This document shows positions 1 through 15,589 of a stretch of DNA of 64,000 nt, in pieces (position 1 is the first letter of the stretch; the number at the start of each line of letters is the position of its first letter). Source of the stretch: Camelus ferus (taxonomy: Eukaryota); contig NC_045697.1 of NCBI RefSeq assembly GCF_009834535.1, positions 85,314,001 through 85,378,000 of the forward strand. Direction: 5' to 3'. Position numbers and translations under genes: made by a program. The notes under the pieces were generated by a model. That model saw only the letters and a list, made by a program, of their open reading frames with translations, ran no database searches and was not told the DNA's origin.

Positions 1-3447
<3,447 letters not shown>

Positions 3448-4022
3448 CTAGGCTATTACTCCCAGTCGGGGAATTTTACACTCTTCAGATGCAAAACGAA
3501 ATGGGCCTTGACCGAGCTGGGGCCGTTCCCCAAAAAAACTTTACAAGTTCTGGGCTGAAAGCAAACTTACTGCCTAACTACTGAGAACAATCCCTGAGGT
3601 CTAGGAAATTTTGGTCCTTTTCACAACTAAGTTATGCATCTTTCGATTTTTTTTTTCATGCTTGTTTCATTGGGGACCAATAATTATGCTGATTAATGTT
3701 CAGAGAAAGGAGGGTGTACACAACCGGCAAATAATGCATTTCAAGTTAACTCAAACTTTGTCGTGAACAACTGAAGTAATATTTTAATACAATAGCAACT
3801 AGTTTTATTATGGTGTCCTAATCCTTGGGAAATTCTTACACTTCCAAAAATAAGCTATTCCTGAGGCCTCTCTTGCTTTAAAAGTCACCAGACCAATTAC
3901 AGATTTACAGATTTTTCAGACGTACAGCAGTGGATTTGGGGAGAGTTGGGGGGGGAGGGCAAGGTTGAGATGAGAGGGAATGCCCAAACAGTGGAATCTG
4001 GTGTCATGACAATGCAATAACG

Positions 4023-4030
4023 CCGGAAGT
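4023..4030 (+). promoter_or_regulatory. ETS/GABPA-type motif CCGGAAGT
   Basis: Exact consensus match ~0.75 kb upstream of the CCAAT box; motif match only. Confidence 0.3.
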
Positions 4031-4260
4031 CTTTTAGAGTTGTTAATTAAGTTCGTAGGTGTTGCAGTGGCCCTCAAAAGGAACTTTAAAAGGATGTTTC
4101 TTCCTTCTAGAGGAAATGGGAGTCATTTCTTTTGATAACTCTTGATAATTTTCTACTTTGAGTTCATTTCTTAGCAACTATATGATGTCCCAGTAAACAT
4201 TTGATGTTTCTTATAAACTAGTACTAGTTATTTTTATTTTGATAAAATTAAATGCCACAC

Positions 4261-4797
4261 TTAATAAAAAATTCAACTGAAGAAATTTGAAGATATTACT
4301 GGCTTCATTCAACAATTCATGATTCGAGAGGGGAGGGTATATAGCTCAAGTGGTAGAGAGTATGCTCAGCATGTGTAACATCCTGGGTTCAATCCCCAGT
4401 AACTCCTCTAAAAATAAATAAATAAATAAGTAAACCTAATTACTGCCTTCTCCGCTCCCCCCACCCCCGAAAAATTCGTGATTCAGACAACATCCAATCT
4501 GGCAGATAGAAGGGAGCTCTGAGGAGCTATACATAAGGAAAGACTTCTCTAGGCAGAAGGGAGCAGGAACTAGTAAGTTATACCGGGCAAAAAAAAGTGG
4601 ATTGCAAGGTTTCTTTCTTTTAGGGAATGGCCAGGGTCTGTAGGCACATTAGCTAATTGATGCTGATCAGGCCCCTCCCAACTGGCTAGCATAAGACTCC
4701 ATTTCTAGGAGAGCAGAAATTGTAATTAAGTCTCAGTTTGGTGATGTAGGCTTAGCATAAGCGGCTCTATTTTGGGCCTGTTGCCTTGTTTTTAACA
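4261..4797 (-). mobile_element. ERV1-class solo LTR interrupted by a SINE
   Basis: Ends ...ttgtttttaaca; ACAC on both flanks (4257-4260, 4798-4801) fits a 4-bp TSD; internal sequence resembles old eutherian ERV1 LTRs. Confidence 0.65.
4326..4472 (+). mobile_element. tRNA-derived SINE (camelid Vic-1-like)
   Basis: GGGGAGGGTATATAGCTCAAGTGGTAGAG A-box head, GGTTCAATCC B box, (TAAA)n tail; TSD aattcatgattc / aattcgtgattc. Confidence 0.88.
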
Positions 4798-7019
4798 ACA
4801 CAATGTGGAAATGATTCTTGCTTCTTTGGGACTGAGGACAGCTTTGGAACACAAATGGTTCCTTATTTCCTAAGTAGGAGAACTTTATTAAAGTTTAGGG
4901 AAAGGTTTTTTAAAGGTATTATAAAGAAAATCATGTAATAGCCATATACAGAGATTTTAAAGCGTAAATAAATGATCCCTTTATTTTTTTGGAAAAATTG
5001 AAGGGTAGCTTTGCCAGGGGTGAGAGGAACAGTGCCTTAATTATTCTCTGAGTTTTGAGATATCTATTGAAGATATCTAACTTTCTGTAGGGGGATATGA
5101 ATTAATAAATAAACAGAATTTGTTTTGGGGGAATTTGAAGTTAGATGACTTTGAAACACGTAATAGGGGTTCGATAAGTGTCTTGATTAAAAGGCAATTC
5201 TGAGGCTAATCTGAGATTTTCAAGTTAATCAGTGGTAAACCTAGAATTGACTTCTTGTTCCTCAAAGAATCTGGGTTAAGTAGGTTTTCCTGGAATCCTT
5301 TAAACCAGTGCTAACCTGAGGCCCGGCCAGGTCCACTGGGCCCAGCTGGAAGCAGACATCAATCCAGAGGGTGGCCCATGGCACTGTCCCCAGGGCGCTC
5401 CATCCTTTGTCGCACAGTCTTTCAGCTCTGGCCCTCAAGCCACACTGGCTCCTCAGTCAAACACTCTGCCATGTCTCTCTGGGCACAAAAGTTTCCACAG
5501 TTTTTCATCACTAGAGAAAAAAAGAAATGTTTTCTGGACTTAGTCTGACACAAGCCTCATTCACTGATGACCCTTGCTTTGGCATAGCTCCCTTGTGATT
5601 GCTGCTATGTTTCTGGGGAACAAAGTTGTCAGCTTGAGAATGCTCATCTTTCTGAATGTAGGCATCTTTACTAATTAGGAAACGGTAAAAAAAAAAAAAA
5701 AAAAAAAAAGTTAGTTTGTAAAGATAAAACTGAGACTAATAATGAGAAACTTTCCAGATCTTTTATGAATCTTTCCCAGAGATTTTGTTACAACTAACAC
5801 AAACAGTATATTTCATTAAAGCATGCAATGTTCTTTTTATCTATTTGTTAGAGTTTTCAGAAGATCTATGTAAAACATAGAAACCAGCAACAAAAAGCTC
5901 TTAATAATAATCTCTCTTAGAACACATAAAAAAGGATACATGTTTGCCAAATCAAAATGCACAATACTGACCGGAAATTTGATTTTGAAGCCTATAAGAC
6001 AGTGGTGGTACAATGAGTCATTTCTTAAAACTTTTAAAGCTAGAAAGTGACCTTTCAATATTGTCTTTGAAAAACGGGAAATTAAAAGTCTGCTTTATAT
6101 CAAGAGTTTAAATCCAGCCTTAAGAAAACAAGTAAGAAGATCAAAATATTGACATTTAAGTTCTACCATGCACCTGATTTACTTATTCTAGAAAATACTG
6201 CACTATCTTAACATAAGAGAAATGACTCCACATACATTTCTCCTTACTTTCAAATTTGCTTTTGGAGGAAATTTTTTACTGATGTGCCTAAAGCAAATTC
6301 TAGTTATTGAATTTAAACTTGTATACTGGTGCAGGCCTTGGTTTTTTATTACAAGGGAAGACTTGAATTATAATTCCACAATAATTAATTATTTTACCAC
6401 ACATACTGTAAAATTCTTTTGATTGTGTTTTTGTTATTAATGACTGTTTCCAACTGTCATGGCAGAGTAAAAGCCCGATAGGAAAAAATAGTGAGGTTTA
6501 TTTATCTTTAGTTTCCTGAGAGTCAGAAGGATTTTGTAGTGAATGAATATTAAACCAAGTTTCCTGAGCAGAAAAAAAAAAAAAAAAAAAAGATTTATTT
6601 GCTGTGACTCAAAAAAATAAAAAGAAATCCTTAAAAAATAAAATCTAGCGTGGGTTGTTGGATCCTTGCTCTGAAACCATCTTAGCATAGCACTGATTCT
6701 GTAGTAGCAATAGCACCATGAGAAGATGACACTGATACCTGAAAAAGCCTACATGTTAAATTTTCCTTAATCTCTCAGTTTTGAACAATGACACCAAAGA
6801 CTTGTATGCAATGCCAGAGGAGAATCATAAAATTCTTTAACTAGAAGAAACCTAGAAGTCGTTGCATCTAAAATGATGATGTTATAAAAAGAAAAGCCAA
6901 AGCTAAAGAATAAATAAGTGGGCATTTCACCCCAAAAGTCAGTGTTATTCATGGAGCAGGTGTAGAGGGGTAACATGAAGCTGAAGGAAAGTGAGAGGAG
7001 GAAGCCAAGAAGGTTAATT

Positions 7020-7240
7020 GTTACCATGTACTGAGCCTAGTATATGCCAGAAACTGGACTAGGTTCTTCCTATCCATTATCGTAAAGCTCTAACAGCCCT
7101 ACGTAACAGCCCTGCAAAATAAGTGTTATTAGCCCCATTTTACATACAAGAGAGAGGTGATTGCTCTTGGTCAATTTCAGGCATCCATGAAGGAGTGGAA
7201 GTAAATCAAACTCAGGACTGGCTGATTCCAATGTCCTTGA
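7020..7240 (-). mobile_element. MIR SINE
   Basis: tactgagcctagtatatgccag...tattagccccattttaca...aaactcaggactggctgattcca is typical antisense MIR. Confidence 0.6.
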
Positions 7241-9149
7241 TTTGATCTCCAGCTGACTCAGGCTGGCCCACTCTCCACTTCCACTTCCCATGAGGCTTAG
7301 CAGCACTTCCAGGACAAGCAGAACTCTCCATTTTTCAATCTCTCTCTCTTTCTCTCTCTCCTTCTTTCATGTCCACTCTCAATCCCCCTCCAATTCCTCC
7401 TGTAGAACTGGGTAGAAAATTTATTGGCCAAGGTCAGTTAAATAGTTGCCCCATGGTCAGATGCTCCAGTTTGATCCAACAACTGTATCTAAGAGAAGGC
7501 AGAGTCATGTGATTCCCCAGGGATATCTGCTCTGCGGAGAGGGGCTGTTAGATAAGACCCTGCCTGTACAGAAAGTTTCTCTGAATCCAGCCAATATTTT
7601 GAGGCTTAGCCTATTTATAAACACAGCTTAGCTCATCTACAAATTTTTAAACCATGGAAATGATAATATTTAAAAGAATCAATAATTAACCAAAAAGCAA
7701 TGCCAATGCTCTTATGTTTGTCAGAAGCACTCAATCTGCTCTATTAGTTTTCTTTTTGTCTTATTGAAACAAAATAGTTACTTCAGAGCTGAGCTATTAT
7801 TAAAAAGAAGGGGGCACCTTCTTAATACACCATTCCAAATGAGTAAGGAGGAACTTAGTTTAAATGATCATTTTCTATAAACTCTCTGATCCTGTGTATA
7901 AAGTAAAAATTATTATATAAGTCTTACTAATTCTTTAGCACAGAGGCAAGAACCAAGTTTTCCATAGAAAATGTTATTTCAAATAAACATCACAGTTGAG
8001 TGCTGACGTCTTGGTGACCTCTCAATAAAAAGGGGCTCATACGCAACTGATGATGTAATTCCCTGCTGAATTGGGGTCTCCATAAGGCCTCCTCTCCGCC
8101 AACTGTTTCTTCTTATGTTTGGCAGATTGAAGTTTCACATAGTACTTCATCATCAGTAAGGTAAGTTTCTAACTTCATCCTGTTATATTGAGTGTGCAAT
8201 CATAACAAATTAATACTGCTTGAAGATCATTAATTTTAGGATTTCTTCTGTTGTTTCCCATTGTAACCAAGTACCATATTAACATATTTTACATATGAAG
8301 AATATTATTTTTTATGTGGCCTCGTAGGTGAGTTCAAGAAAATAATACTCATGAACATTGATTTGCTTTGTTTTAAAGTCTTTGTAATTAGGCAATAAGA
8401 TATGAATGTCACATTTCTAACACAGCAAGAGAATTTTTCTATTGCTGAAATAGGTCTGTAGCGCTTAAGCTTTTATATCCAAACCTAACTTGTGAAGTAT
8501 AGTATTTAAATCATATATGTGACCGAAATAAGAAACAATATATTATTCTGAAAGTTACTAATACTGCTTGCCCTGAAGGTAACTTAAATCCTTTGTTATA
8601 AGAAACTTGTCAACATATGGAAAACCAAATTGGAAGACTTCTGGCTGTGTGACAGGTGTATTCTCTGGAGAAAAGATACCAAAAAAATTTTTTTAATAAT
8701 CAAATATGGCAAAAATAACAGATTCTCTTATACCATTGGGTCAAATGTTTCCTCCATGAATTATAATCCAGCCAGCCTTTGCACTGCTATTCTCTTTGCC
8801 TGAGGAATTCAGTTATTATAAGTCTCTCTTTATAAAAGGCCACTATGCAGCTGTGAAGAAAAAATTGGCATCTTGCTGGTTCTACAAGTCATCATTTCTG
8901 AACATTTCTGCAAAATTTTACTGTAAAGAACCTTAGACCAGAAGGAAGCAAAAAGACTTTTTAAAAAAATCACACAGACTATGCCAGAGTCTGTGCTGAA
9001 TTATACAGGCTACCCACAAAAATAGCTTCTGGAAACCTTTTCTTCCAGACACAACCGCCAACAGAATGTCCTGCCATTGCTCCTACCGTGGGGAACTCCC
9101 TTCTATTAGGAGAGCTTCCCAGTCTCTGTTGGAGGGGCAAGAAGCCGTG

Positions 9150-9352
9150 GAAACAGCAAGGATTTGGGAACTGGGGAGGCTGGAGTTTGAATCACAGATC
9201 TGAGAAGTATTAACGTGAGACCATAATAAGAAGGGTTAGTAACCACTCTAAAACTCTATTTCCTTGTCTGCACAATGAAGATGGTGATGCCTACTTTGCA
9301 GAGCCCTGGGCACAAAATAGGTTCAAAATAAATGGAAGTTATTATTATTATT
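9150..9352 (+). mobile_element. MIR SINE
   Basis: ggagtttgaatc...ctctatttccttgtctgcacaatgaagatg...aataaatggaagttattattatta. Confidence 0.55.
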
Positions 9353-11963
9353 ACATGGTTCAGGACTAAATTGCACAGCTATACTTCAGTGTTCCTCATC
9401 CAGCCATCTGGATTTTGCTATAACTACACAGATGTGAGTCTATTAACTTGCACTGTGGCAAATGGCAGCCCCCAGTCATCCTTCCAGGGCAAGAACAGTG
9501 TCTTTAATATCTGCATAATGCTGGCTATAAGACAATGCTGCTTCTGCAAAGAGAAGCTGTACCCTAAAAATTCCCAGTGAAAGCTTGTAGGAAATGTTTT
9601 TCTTCACTGGGCTCATCGATCACCTGTGTCTCTCAAAGGAGGAGAAAATAAACCTACCAGAAGTTAAACTGTATTAAGCACAGTTCGTCAGTTTGAAGTC
9701 CTTGATTATACTCCCAATTTATTTAAAACTTCATAAGTTCTTCCATTTTTAACTCAAATTTTGTGATATCCATTTTTTAAAAATCTTTAAGACTATCATA
9801 TATTCCTGCAACAAGTATTTATAGAACTATGTGCCAAGGACCAAGAATAAGCAATACAAGTTACCAGACTTCGCAAATTCAAGACGGCATGAAAATATTA
9901 CTGTAACCAACACTGCTCCAGGGCACGTTGAGGAGAAAGGAGCCTGTTTAATGTGCTACAGGGGCTGTCGCTGCAGTCCTGTTTCTGCCCTGTTGGACCA
10001 GAGTGAATTCGTGGGGCAATAAAGTCTTTCTGACAAGGAGGCTTCAGCAGCATTTCTGTCACTATCGCCTTTATTTTACCAGCAGAAAGGAGCGCAGAAA
10101 CGGAGTCGTCATGTTAGAAACAGAGCACGAGCGTCTTGCATGCACACAGCGAACATCCTGCAGAGCCTACAAGAAAGAGGAAGGCCTCTTCTGGGCATAA
10201 CCAGTAACAACTCAGCATTACCACACCGTGTTCAAGCAAGTGCCCAAGCAAAGAGCAGGCTCAGCCACAAAGTTCCTAAAGGTAGAAGTTGATGGGACAT
10301 CTGAATGGGAAAGACAGTTGTGAGGAACATTTTCAACGTAATAGACACAGAAGCGAATTCACAAGGGCCACACCGGATTAGGAAATGGGAATTCATGGGA
10401 CAAATACTAGAACCTGACACATCTTGCATCTGTAGTAAATTGTACATGTAGCCCATGATATATTGTTGTGAGGGATACACTGAGGATTGTTCTCATTGAG
10501 AGAATGAACACCGTCATCTTAAACAAATCTTTCATTAGGTACTAAAAAAAATTCCTCCATAATTCATTACATATCAACGCAGAACTGAATGACCTTCCCC
10601 CTGTGCTTTGCCATCAAAAGTCTGATGCCCGGATTAGGCAATGCACAATAAGCAGAATCCCTCGCAGAATTCTGTCTACAAAGAACCGAGTTTTTTCCTG
10701 AGTATGCTCCATTACTCTACTGTTTAGAAAAAGTGAAATAAGCCAACCCCAAAGAAATAGAACTATTGGAAATCTTTGTGATAGTTTTCACACAATGAGA
10801 ATGCAGAGATGAAATAATACGAGCTAATCTTAAAACTATATGGTTCATTTATTTTGGATTCCTGGGGCCAGTATTTCACATACATTCCCCTCTTCCACCC
10901 TCTGTTTCCTTTCCCTTTTCCTGCCAGTCTCCTGGAGCTCCAGTGTTATTATATGCTATAAAAAATATTTTACTCATGCATTTGAAATGCTTTTTAACTT
11001 TCAAGCCCAGTAGGGGGAAATGTGGAGGTGTTTAATTCTCCAGGTTTATATTTTTTCATGGGAAATGAAAGTCAAAATCTGAAAAGTAGCAATCTGCAGT
11101 AAAATGTTATTTTCCTTCTTTTCCCAGTATGTCTAAATGGCATCAAGTTCAAATATTTTATTACAGATAATCTTAGCCAATTTAAATGTTCAATTTCTCA
11201 ATAAAACATGAATCAGGAAAAGTCAATATCTTTGCAAATGTGATTCCAAATTTTGCCCTCATATAGTCTAACTAAATTTCCACTCACTTCAGTGGGAGTT
11301 ATAAAAAGTACATCTGAGGGGAGAATTTGGCCCATGAAATTTAAAATGATTGTAGGGTAAGTAAAATATTTCTTATGCTTATGATTATATAGTAGCTGTG
11401 GAACTTTCAAAAGGAAGACATTAAAAGCCTGTAATATAGTGAAATTCAACCAAAAAGATCTTGTTAATTTAACTGGCTTTGAAGAGTTTTAACCCATTTT
11501 AAAGAAAACATCTAATAAAGAATGCTTTATTCATTCATTCAAAAATATGTGTTCGTACCAACATCACTTTTTTCAAATGAGAAATATTTCCTAGGCCAAT
11601 AATATTCCATATGGCAATTAGCTCTAATGTAAAATCTGAAAAAGCTCCAAGTAGTGCCTATAATAGAGAAACCATTTTGGTCTAAGTAAGATATTTAGTT
11701 GTAATCATATGATTCTAACACTTGAATCATAGGCAGACTAGAGATAAATAGTGAATAACTAAGATAATTTAAAAACTACCAAGAAAACCCTGGCTTTAAT
11801 TATTTTAAATTATTTTCTTCACTGGATTCATGAGCTTAAGTTTATTTTTGAACTTTAGTGGCACAACCTTAATATGCTTAATCACTCTGATTTTCCTACT
11901 TTAGAAACAGTCTGCCAGCATCTCTGCTTAAAATACCACCTCCTTGTTTATCAGATGTCTTGG

Positions 11964-12090
11964 GGTTTTTCTTTGTTTGTTCTTTGTTTTGGGAGGTTTT
12001 TTGGTAGAGGTACTGGGGAAAGAACCCAGGACCTTGTGCATGCTAAGCATATGCCTTGCCACTGAGCTATACCTCATACCCCTTTATTCC
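11964..12090 (-). mobile_element. tRNA-derived SINE (Vic-1-like)
   Basis: Antisense head gaacccaggaccttgtgcatgctaagc...actgagctatacc; perfect 12-bp TSD cagatgtcttgg at 11952-11963 and 12091-12102. Confidence 0.88.
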
Positions 12091-12104
12091 CAGATGTCTT
12101 GGAT

Positions 12105-12810
12105 TTAGATTCAGTTTATTCTTGTCTTACCTCTTCCCATGTCACTGTGCTCTCCATAGTTTAGACCCTCAAAGCCCCATATCTAACTATTACAACATCT
12201 ATATAATGCCCTTACTCTGGCTTCTCCTTGCTTGAATGCACTGTATACATCACTGCTAGATTAATATTCCTTAAGTATTATCTTGACACTCCTTTTCTCT
12301 AATAACATGAATAAGTCCACATACCAACTGGATATTCCAAATCCTTTTCCTGAAATCAAAAGGCTGTCCACAATCTGCTTCCATCCTACCCTTCCAACCT
12401 CAGCTCCCACTATTCTTTTAGAATCCTCTATTCAATTCATTTCACTTATTCTCTCTTCTCTAAAATTTGTGACAGCTGGCTCAATGTTGTGCTATTTTCT
12501 TCATTTCCTGAAATGCCCTCTTCATTATTTTCTTCTCATTTAACTTCTACCATCTTTCACAATTTAATCTATGTTTCATCATTTCCATGAGACTATTTCT
12601 GATCATCACAATTGGAAGTGATCTCTCCTGCTTTTATACAGCCATAGTGGTTTGTCTGTTCATTCATATAGCACTTAATCACTATCTTACTTTGTTAGGA
12701 GTGTGTGTGTATGTGTCTGTGCGTGTGTGTGTTTCTCTCTCATATTTACCTGATTAGAGTTTAAGATCTTTGATACTATGCCTTACATTTTAGATCCTTA
12801 TTTATCTAGC
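12105..12810 (+). mobile_element. L2 LINE 3' region, degraded
   Basis: Pyrimidine-rich L2-like motifs (cactgctagattaatattccttaag, ttcctgaaatgcccttct, tagcacttaatcactat). Confidence 0.5.
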
Positions 12811-13063
12811 ATCTCAGTTTAAAGATACTGCCACAGTACAGAGTGAAGAGGTCACGTGTTACACATCTCTAAGGGGCCTCAGTCATATCATAGTTAATGT
12901 GAGTGGCTCCCGGCAGTGCCCCACTTGCACAGTCACAAGTGCCAACCCAGTTGCATATAATATAGCATCAACTTAATATTTATGCATGACTTCTACCTCT
13001 CTTGTGTCATTTCTCCAATGTTTTATAACAAAAATAAAAAATGTCTCAATAGTTCACAGCCCC

Positions 13064-13607
13064 TGTTGACTTCTGACTACTGAATATGTCAACCCAAATC
13101 ATGCCTTTGGGGCATAAAGGATTTCTTTGAGAAGCAGCAGACATAGGAGAAGCTCCAACAAGAGAGTAGAAGTTACCATTCTGTAAGGGAAATTTACATT
13201 TGTAAAGGAAATCTCCATTTGTAAGATGCCTCCCTCTTGGCATGTAGAAGAGAAGAGTGACTCTACATCACAAGAAACTTACTAAGGAGAAGGCAGCGAC
13301 TTGAATCTACATGTAGCACATCTTACCCTCTACCGAGCATTTCCTGGTAAACTCCCATAACTGGCTTCACTGTCCCCTTCTTTCAACATCTGTCTTTGAT
13401 CTTTAGCTAAAGAAAGTATTTTAAGGTGGTAGTTTCGGCCTTGTTGGGGAATTATTGAATTTTCCTTGGTATCTCCCATGTATATGTGAGGAATGTCTGT
13501 TAATAAACTTCTGTTTGTTTTTCTCTTGCTAGTCTGACTTTCATTAGTGGGGGCTCTCAGCCAAGAACTCAGAAAGGTAGAGAGAAAATTATTTTTCCTC
13601 TCTGACA
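13064..13607 (+). mobile_element. MER34-like ERV1 5' LTR
   Basis: gaatatgtcaacccaaatcatgcc...ggcataaaggat start, AATAAA at 13503, end agaaaggtagagagaaaattatttttcctctctgaca immediately followed by a PBS. Confidence 0.75.
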
Positions 13608-13611
13608 ATTT

Positions 13612-13629
13612 TGGTGACAAGGAAGGGAC
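13612..13629 (+). other. Retroviral primer-binding site, tRNA-Arg-like
   Basis: TGGTGACAAGGAAGGGAC matches 15/18 to TGGCGACCACGAAGGGAC (complement of the tRNA-Arg(TCG) 3' end), 4 nt after the LTR's terminal CA. Confidence 0.7.
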
Positions 13630-13668
13630 CCACTGTGACACCCAACTTGCTCCAGAGCCTACAGATGG

Positions 13669-13987
13669 TGTCAAAAGATTAAAAAAAGTAAGAGTTTATT
13701 TGGATAAAAATCAGTTCAGATTGGGCAGCGACAAACCAGTAGCGGTTAACAGCACATCACTAATAGGAGCCGGGGAGACTTTGCAGAGAGAGGTGGAAGC
13801 AAAGTAAGAGAATTACTGACTGGCTGTGACTTAAAGCCTACTCGGCTGTTTGTGGTTGCTGGTACTTAGTGTTTTGATTCTTTACCTTTGAGGTATTTAC
13901 GGGCTTAGATTTTGGTTTCCTTACACAGGCTGCCATGGCATCAGAGCCGCCTCAGCCTAATGGCCTCTTTGTTTAATCAATCTAACA
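13669..13987 (-). mobile_element. ERV1-class solo LTR nested in the ERV leader
   Basis: TG...CA termini (tgtcaaaag...tctaaca), TSD atgg/atga, minus-strand AATAAA (tttatt near 13695). Confidence 0.65.
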
Positions 13988-15500
13988 ATGAGATCCCTGG
14001 AAAACTGGCAGAAGCCAGCGAAAGGTAAAAAATTCTTACCAAAGTCAGCTCTTCCAGATAGCTGCCTGTAGTGCCCAGTCTAGAGAAGAAAATAAAATTT
14101 CACTTTGACCTTCTTTTCCAAATTCAGATTAGGAGAGGAAAACATAAGAATTCATTCTTCGAATTGTTACTCTTAGGAATTTGGTTTGGGGCTGCCCGAT
14201 GGTTATTGATCCTTTCCCTTCTGGGGACAGCTAATGCTTTCCTGGTTGTCTAGTTTATGTCCTGAGAACTTGGCTTTCTGCCTGCCCAGGGCACACAGAT
14301 TGTCAGTTCTTGTGTGTACAGGTGGCTCAATGTCAGGTGGGGGACACAAAAAATATGGCTGGACAGAAATGAGGGTTGCATCCCATTTGAGGCTAGAATC
14401 CTACTGACTGTTACCAGCTCTCAGAGAACTGTCTTTCTTTCTCTGCGCTATACTTGGGAGCGGCTTAAGAGCTTGGGAGGACTGCGAATTTTGCACTTCT
14501 TTGGGGATGCCTGTTGGTAAGTCCATGGTTAAGTCATAAAGGGATTCTTGGTTTTGGTTTCGAGTCACTTCATAAGCATGCCTTTAGTTTAAAAAGAAAA
14601 AGGATAAAAGTAATTTAAAAATAATTTTAAAAGGAGTTCAGTATTGCTAGGAACATTTACTGTTTGTCCTGGCTGAAACCTGATTGTAAGATATTTGAAA
14701 GGATTTTTTTTTTTTTAAGTAGCTCTATGGTCAGGAGTTGGCGTAGTTGGAAGCTGATATTCAGAGCTGGATAGGAACTTTTTTGGGAGAGACTCCTCTC
14801 CTAAGCTGAAATGAAACTAGGTACTCAGAGAGAAGGAAAGCATTCTGAAGCTTTTGTGGAGTGATTTATTAAAAAATTCCAAAGGCACACAGCTTTACAT
14901 CTAGAACACAGAGATTTTTTTTATTTCCACCTTAGCTGGAAATTTTCTCCCTGATATAAAGAGACAAATTGAAGAAAATGTACTTGGGTGGACGAATCAG
15001 CCTTTTGATATCATTAAGGCTGCAGGTATTATAAAAGATCAGGCCATTGAAAAGAGTACTGTCATACCCTTAAGAAAAAGAAGGAAATTTTTACATAATA
15101 CAGATTTACATAATAATTTCTTTAGACTTCTGATAATAGGAAAATTTACCCCAAGACTCCTTCTTGGAGAAAACTTACATCTTTACTCTGTGCCTTTGAG
15201 ATAAAGTTTCTCCCATGCCTTCTCTAGGACCTGAGAGCCATATTTTGGAAATGCAAACTTTAGGGAGATGATTCTGACCTGAATGGAAAAAAAGGAGCTA
15301 TATGGACACTAGAGAAATGAAAAATCAAAAAGTCTTCACAAATATTCATGAAAAGCTTTAGCCATCTGAGCAGGACATTTTATTTCACCTGCCGGAAACA
15401 CAATTTGAATTTAATTGTTCTTTGTTTATAAGCTAGTGAGTTTTGTATTACTGTACCTGTCTCATGACTAAATGTTACATTAAAGCTACAAGATCTCCAC
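13988..15500 (+). mobile_element. ERV1 internal sequence (leader and gag-like remnant), truncated
   Basis: Continues after the nested LTR; short open stretch ISTLAGNFLPDIKRQIEENVLGWTNQPFDIIKAAG (~14923-15027) resembles a class I Gag capsid C-terminus; no 3' LTR recognised. Confidence 0.55.
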
Positions 15501-15589
15501 CCCTATACTTCTATTATAAAGAGCATGAGGCTGAATCAAGAGAGTTAATTTTGTCACTAGCTAACAGGATACACTTGTGAATGCCTTAA

